Notes under the pieces: model-generated
The model's input: the letters and a program-made list of their open reading frames with translations, nothing else
Databases searched by the model: none
Told to the model about the DNA's origin: nothing
Shown: positions 59,422 to 64,000 of the stretch, one piece after another
How the letters are laid out: each line of letters starts with the position of its first letter
Numbering within the stretch: position 1 is the stretch's first letter
Translations under genes and position numbers: made by a program
NCBI GenBank assembly: GCA_945862455.1
Contig: CAMAXU010000002.1
Coordinates: 257 to 64,256 of the forward strand
Direction: 5' to 3'
Source of the DNA: Rickettsia typhi
GTDB lineage: Bacteria > Pseudomonadota > Alphaproteobacteria > Rickettsiales > UBA1997
DNA: 64,000 bases

Positions 59422-61194
59422 ATGGCTTTTCAGCAAAATCAAAAACAGCGCTTAAACCTCAAAAATCTTTTCGCATTATTGCCATTTTTCAAGCCCTACA
59501 AACGCGAAGTTATGTTGGCTTCGACTGCTTTGTTTGTAACGGCGCTGATGATTTTATTTTTTGGTAAAGTTGTAAAATATATGATTGATTTTGGTTTTTC
59601 GCAGCAGAATCATCTTTTTCTAAATCTAGTTTTGCTCACTTTTATTTTGGCAGTTTTCATCATGGCGATTGCAGGTTATTATCGCTCTTCCTTGATTAAT
59701 TCGGTGGCAGAAAAAGTGATCGCCGATTTACGTAAAAAAGTTTATAATCACATCATTCACGTTTCGGCCGAATTTTTTGAATTAACCAAAGCTGGCGATG
59801 TGATATCGCGCCTTACGGTTGATACCGCTGTGCTTTATAACGTAATCAGCAACACCATTTCATTTTTGCTGCGTAATTCGTTGTTTTTTTTAGGCGGTCT
59901 TTCTTTGTTATTTTTCACCAGTGGCAAACTCAGTTTGTTGACAATGTTGATTATTCCAATCGCCATTTCGCCGATTATTTTTATGGGAAAATCAATCAAA
60001 TCACTTTCTAATAATTCGCAAATGGCATTGTCGTCAGTCGGCGCGCATGTTGAAGAAACGGTGAGTGGCATCAAAACTATTCAATCATATTTATGCGAAG
60101 AAAAAGAAGCGCGCAATTTTTTTGATTTTGTTGATTCGGCGTTAAAAATTTCGCTCGAAAAAATTCGCATAAAATCATTGATGATTGCTTTTGTGATAAC
60201 TTTTTCTTTTGGCGGCATCGCCTTGATTTTGTGGGTTGGCGGGCATGATGTGTTAAGTGGCAAAATCACTTCTGGCGATCTTTCTTCTTTCATTTTTTAT
60301 TCGATTATCACTTCAACATCTTTGGTTTCGTTAAGTCAAATTGCTGGACAATTACAAAGTGCTTCCGCTTCTGCTTCGCGGATTTTTGAGCTTTTGGAAA
60401 TTCAATCTCCCGTCAAAGAAATAGCTCATCCACATCCATTTCCACCAGCAAAAGAAATTACTATAAAATTCCAAGATGTGAATTTTTCTTACCCAAGTCG
60501 CAAAGATTTTGAAGTGTTAAAAAACTTTAATCTGGAAATTAAACCGCATGAAAAAATCGGGATTGTCGGTTCCAGCGGATCTGGAAAAAGCACAATTTTG
60601 CAACTTTTACTACGTTTTTATGATGTTGATTCGGGCATGATTTCACTGAACGGAGTCGACATGCGGGCGCTTTCATTTTCTGATCTGCGCCAAAATTTTT
60701 CTTATATTTCTCAAGATTGTTTTATTTTTTCAGGCACGATTTTTGAAAATATCGCTTACGTTGACAAATCAATCACAGAAGAGCAGGTTGAAAAAATTAT
60801 TGCACAAAATCCGGCGCTCGATTTCATCAATCATTTGCCACAAAAAATGCATAACCAAGTTGGCGAAAAAGGCATTAAACTTTCCGGCGGCGAGCGTCAA
60901 AGAATTGCAATTGCGCGCGCCATTATCAAGGATTCACCGATTTTATTATTAGATGAAGCAACTTCCGCGCTCGATAATCACAATGAAAAAAATATCACCA
61001 ATGCAATTACTAATTTAGCTAAAGAAAAAACCGTAATTACAATTGCGCACAAACTTTCTTCGGTTGCAGCTTCTGATCGAATTATTTTTGTCAAAAATGG
61101 CGAAATAGCCGAAATCGGCTCGCATCAAGAGCTGGTGGCGCAAGATGGCTTTTATAAAAAGATGTATGAAGTTGAAATGTTGGGAGTGATTTAA
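59422..61194 (+). CDS. ABC transporter permease/ATP-binding protein (ABCB/MsbA-like exporter)
   Basis: Six TM helices followed by an NBD: GSSGSGKST, LSGGERQRIAIARA, LLLDEATSALD. Confidence 0.9.
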   Translation: MAFQQNQKQRLNLKNLFALLPFFKPYKREVMLASTALFVTALMILFFGKVVKYMIDFGFSQQNHLFLNLVLLTFILAVFIMAIAGYYRSSLINSVAEKVIADLRKKVYNHIIHVSAEFFELTKAGDVISRLTVDTAVLYNVISNTISFLLRNSLFFLGGLSLLFFTSGKLSLLTMLIIPIAISPIIFMGKSIKSLSNNSQMALSSVGAHVEETVSGIKTIQSYLCEEKEARNFFDFVDSALKISLEKIRIKSLMIAFVITFSFGGIALILWVGGHDVLSGKITSGDLSSFIFYSIITSTSLVSLSQIAGQLQSASASASRIFELLEIQSPVKEIAHPHPFPPAKEITIKFQDVNFSYPSRKDFEVLKNFNLEIKPHEKIGIVGSSGSGKSTILQLLLRFYDVDSGMISLNGVDMRALSFSDLRQNFSYISQDCFIFSGTIFENIAYVDKSITEEQVEKIIAQNPALDFINHLPQKMHNQVGEKGIKLSGGERQRIAIARAIIKDSPILLLDEATSALDNHNEKNITNAITNLAKEKTVITIAHKLSSVAASDRIIFVKNGEIAEIGSHQELVAQDGFYKKMYEVEMLGVI

Positions 61195-62681
61195 TGATCT
61201 TTCCAGCCAATTCTTTTTAAGAAAAATTCATAAGAATCTTCAAAAGTGAAAGTTTTGTTATCGTCGAAAACGATTAATTTATTGGCGATTTGTCTTAAGA
61301 AATGTTCGTCGTGAGTCACGACAATTACAGCACCTTGGAAGTTTTTAATCGCTTCCAAAAGAGCTTCGCAAGATTCCATATCAAGGTGATTTGTTGGTTC
61401 ATCGAGAAGCAATAAATTTACACCTTTCAACAAAATTTTCCCAAGCATCACGCGGCTTTTTTCGCCACCCGAAAGCACAGAAATTTTCTTATTTGCTAAA
61501 TCATTGTTAAACATCATGTTGCTGCAAACCTGACGCACGCGGCTTATCGGAAGTTTTTCATCAACTTTTTGCAACTCTTCATAAACTGTGCGGTTTTTAT
61601 CGAGACGATCAATGTTCATTTGTCCGAAATAGCCAATTTCAGTTTTAGCATTGGTTTTGATATTGCCTTTAAGCGGGATCAAATCTTGCGTGATAAGCTT
61701 TAACAAAGTTGATTTACCTTTGCCGTTTTTACCGATGATGCAGATTTTTTCGCCATCAGCAACTTTGAAACCAAGATTGTGAATCAATAAATGTTCGGGA
61801 TTATAACCAAAGCCAAGATTTTCAGCTTCAACCATATTTTCCTTGCTGGCGTAAGGATTGTGAGTGAATTCAAAATCAAGAGTTGCAACATGCGCCAATT
61901 TTTCTTTCACATCTTGTTTTTCCAACATTTTAACTCGTGATTGCGCGCGACTCGCCATGCTGGCTTTAGCGCCGAAACGATCAATCCATTCTTGAGTTTT
62001 TTGTCTTTGCTTATCTTCGTTGACGCGAGTTTTTTCGTAAATTTCTTCTTCAGCAGCAATTTTTTCGCGAATGCCTTGCGTGTTTCCCGGAACTTTTTTA
62101 AAGGCTTTGCGGTGAATTACCAAAGTGTGTGTAACCACGTCATCCATGAATCCGCGATCGTGAGTGATTAAAATTAATTCGCCTTCCCATTCTTTTAAAA
62201 ATTCTTTTAACCAGCGAATTGAGTGAATGTCGAGATAGTTGGTTGGCTCGTCGAGCAACAACATTTGTGGTTCAACTAAAAGTAATTTTGCCAAATTTAA
62301 TTTAACTTGATAGCCGCCGGAGAATTTTTTTGGATCTTTATAGAGATCGTCGTAAGTAAAGCCCAAGCCGTATAAAATATTTTCACCTTTCCAGCCTTCA
62401 TGCTCGCGATCTTCTGGTAAAACCGAACAAATTTCATCTAAAACTGTTTCGTGAGTGAAATGAATATGTTGCTCCAAATGCCCAATTCTGTAGCCGCGTG
62501 GAATTTCTACGGCACCCGAATCTGGCTCAAGTTTTTTTAGGATTAATTTTAGAAAAGTAGATTTGCCACTTCCGTTGCGCCCAATCAAACCAACCTTCTC
62601 ACGACCGTTAATGATGAAACTGGCATCGGTAAAAACATCATGCCCTGAAAATGAAATAGATAAATCTTTAACTCTGATCAC
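61191..62681 (-). CDS. ABC-F family ATPase
   Basis: Two tandem NBDs (GRNGSGKST, FSGGYQ; GKNGKGKST, LSGGEKSR) with no TM region. GTG start. Confidence 0.88.
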   Translation of the reverse strand: MIRVKDLSISFSGHDVFTDASFIINGREKVGLIGRNGSGKSTFLKLILKKLEPDSGAVEIPRGYRIGHLEQHIHFTHETVLDEICSVLPEDREHEGWKGENILYGLGFTYDDLYKDPKKFSGGYQVKLNLAKLLLVEPQMLLLDEPTNYLDIHSIRWLKEFLKEWEGELILITHDRGFMDDVVTHTLVIHRKAFKKVPGNTQGIREKIAAEEEIYEKTRVNEDKQRQKTQEWIDRFGAKASMASRAQSRVKMLEKQDVKEKLAHVATLDFEFTHNPYASKENMVEAENLGFGYNPEHLLIHNLGFKVADGEKICIIGKNGKGKSTLLKLITQDLIPLKGNIKTNAKTEIGYFGQMNIDRLDKNRTVYEELQKVDEKLPISRVRQVCSNMMFNNDLANKKISVLSGGEKSRVMLGKILLKGVNLLLLDEPTNHLDMESCEALLEAIKNFQGAVIVVTHDEHFLRQIANKLIVFDDNKTFTFEDSYEFFLKRIGWKDH

Positions 62682-62703
62682 TGCTTTTAAATTTTTTAAT
62701 TAA

Positions 62704-63255
62704 TTATAATTCGCGAAACATTATGTAAGCATCAACATAGCCTAAAACCTTATGGTTAAAGCCTTGAGGAATGGTACCAATAGTTTTAAATCCGACTGAT
62801 TGCCATAAGTTTACAGCAGCTTTATTTGTGGAAACAACAAAATTAAATTGCATTGCTTTATAGCCCAATTCTTTTGCGGTGCTAATTGAATGAAGTGCGA
62901 GAGATTTTCCAATCCCAAACCCGCGTTTATTTTCATCAACAATATAACTAGCATTTGCAATATGTGAGCCACGATCTACTCGATTTGGTTTGATTAAATA
63001 AACACCCACAATGAGTCTGTCGCAAATCAAAATTTTCTAAGAAATTTTGATTTGCGACAGATTCACAATTTCGTCATCAATTTTTGCCACAAAAGTTTTA
63101 GCCGATTTATTCATCCATTTGGCGTAAGCTTCTTCTTTTGTGGTTTCATCATCATTTACATAAGTTTCGCCGGCGGAAATTACACTTTTAAAAATGCGCC
63201 AAATCTCATCAAAATTTTCTGTAGTTGCGAGTGTGATTTTAATGTTTAATTCCAT
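62704..63255 (-). pseudogene. GNAT-family N-acetyltransferase interrupted by an in-frame TAG inside a palindromic insert
   Basis: ORFs 63037..63255 and 62704..63030 are in the same frame, separated only by TAG (63037..63039). The joined product has the GNAT core (..RGFGIGK.L..H.I..AKELGYKAMQFN.V..TN..AV.LW...GF). Confidence 0.75.
63016..63061. repeat. PE-4 mini-element (arms only) inside the GNAT gene
   Basis: 20-bp perfect arms tctgtcgcaaatcaaaattt / aaattttgatttgcgacaga around tctaag. The arms match the PE-4 termini at 5919..6052. Confidence 0.85.
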
Positions 63256-63798
63256 CTATTCAGCGGGAGCTGAACATTGTCTGCCAACTTGCGAACCAAT
63301 TTTAAATTCTTTGCCGGCTTTTAAATCTTCTAAAATTTTTAAGAAATTTTCGCTAGTGAGATCTTCGGCAAAGTCATCATTAATTTGAACAACTGGCGCA
63401 TTTACACAGGCGCCCAAACACTCAACTTCTTTCAGTGTAAATACACCATCAAGCGTGGTTTCGTCCATTTCAATTCCAAGTTTTTCTTCGCAATCTTTAA
63501 TAATTTTATCAATGCCGCGAAGCATGCAAGGCGTGGTTTTGCAGAATTGTAATAAATATTTTCCAACTGGTTTTAAGTTGTACATCGTGTAAAAACTTGC
63601 TACTTCGTAAACTTTAATTTCGGGCATTTTTAAAATTTCAGCGATGCAGGCGATAACATCTTTTGAAATCCAATTTTGGTTTTGTCTTTGCGCCAAATCA
63701 AGCAAAGGCATTACTGCAGATTTCTGGCGGTCGGCTGGATATTTTGCCGAAATTTCGCGAATCTTTTTTTGGTTTTCTTCGTTAAATTGAAAAGTCAT
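63256..63798 (-). CDS. nuoE: NADH-quinone oxidoreductase subunit E
   Basis: 24-kDa subunit fold: SAVMPLLDLAQRQ, C....PC and CLGAC 2Fe-2S ligands. Confidence 0.93.
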   Translation of the reverse strand: MTFQFNEENQKKIREISAKYPADRQKSAVMPLLDLAQRQNQNWISKDVIACIAEILKMPEIKVYEVASFYTMYNLKPVGKYLLQFCKTTPCMLRGIDKIIKDCEEKLGIEMDETTLDGVFTLKEVECLGACVNAPVVQINDDFAEDLTSENFLKILEDLKAGKEFKIGSQVGRQCSAPAE

Positions 63799-63807
63799 AT
63801 CCGATAA

Positions 63808-63999
63808 TTATTTAATGTTTTTCCAAACCGCTTTTTTGGCGGCAATCAAGATTAAGAACAAAATGCCCAAGAAAATCATGGTGCGAACGCCCATTTTTTT
63901 GCGATGTTCAGTTTCTGGTTCTGCGGCCCATTGTAAAAAATTTACAACGTCGATAATCACTTGTTCTTTGGTAGCGTAGGTTCCGTCTTTATATTCAAC
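63808..63999 (-). CDS. petC: cytochrome c1 (bc1 complex), C-terminal end only; continues beyond window
   Basis: The reverse frame reads VEYKDGTYATKEQVIIDVVNFLQWAAEPETEHRKKMGVRTMIFLGILFLILIAAKKAVWKNIK-stop, the typical c1 C-terminus plus TM anchor. It is not in the ORF track because no start lies in the window. Confidence 0.8.
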   Translation of the reverse strand, partial: VEYKDGTYATKEQVIIDVVNFLQWAAEPETEHRKKMGVRTMIFLGILFLILIAAKKAVWKNIK

Positions 64000-64000
64000 T

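Overview
This is an AT-rich, gene-dense bacterial chromosomal window made up almost entirely of housekeeping genes. The gene set looks alphaproteobacterial: ccmD/ccmE, cytochrome c1, nuoE, a DUF1013/TrcR-like gene, a ppiD-trpE pair, an adrenodoxin-type ferredoxin, a Cys-less Fur/Irr-like regulator and a long-form family-4 UDG. I support about 65 CDS and two tRNAs (Phe-GAA, Thr-UGU). prfB carries its programmed +1 frameshift, and I added a ccmD ORF and a partial cytochrome c1 that the ORF track misses. I see no CRISPR array, rRNA, integrase or transposase.

Three things are not routine.

(1) A translationally coupled pair, an ABC-type AAA ATPase plus a small Toprim-like protein, sits at 29670..31414. 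It has PARIS/AbiL/OLD-like defence architecture and lies directly upstream of, and apparently co-transcribed with, prfA.

(2) Nested palindromic MITE/RPE-like elements are unusually dense: at least six sequence families and about 15 copies. Some are inserted in frame in coding genes (prmC). One splits a GNAT acetyltransferase with a single in-frame TAG. Others donate stop codons or C-termini to neighbouring genes.

(3) There are several orphan or odd genes: a stand-alone C-terminal fragment of type-2 IleRS, an Rx4H (HEPN-like) ORF coupled to prfB, an acidic protein with a basic NLS/T4SS-signal-like tail, and a candidate sRNA/19-aa hydrophobic peptide locus.

All family assignments come from motif recognition by eye. 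No database search was run.
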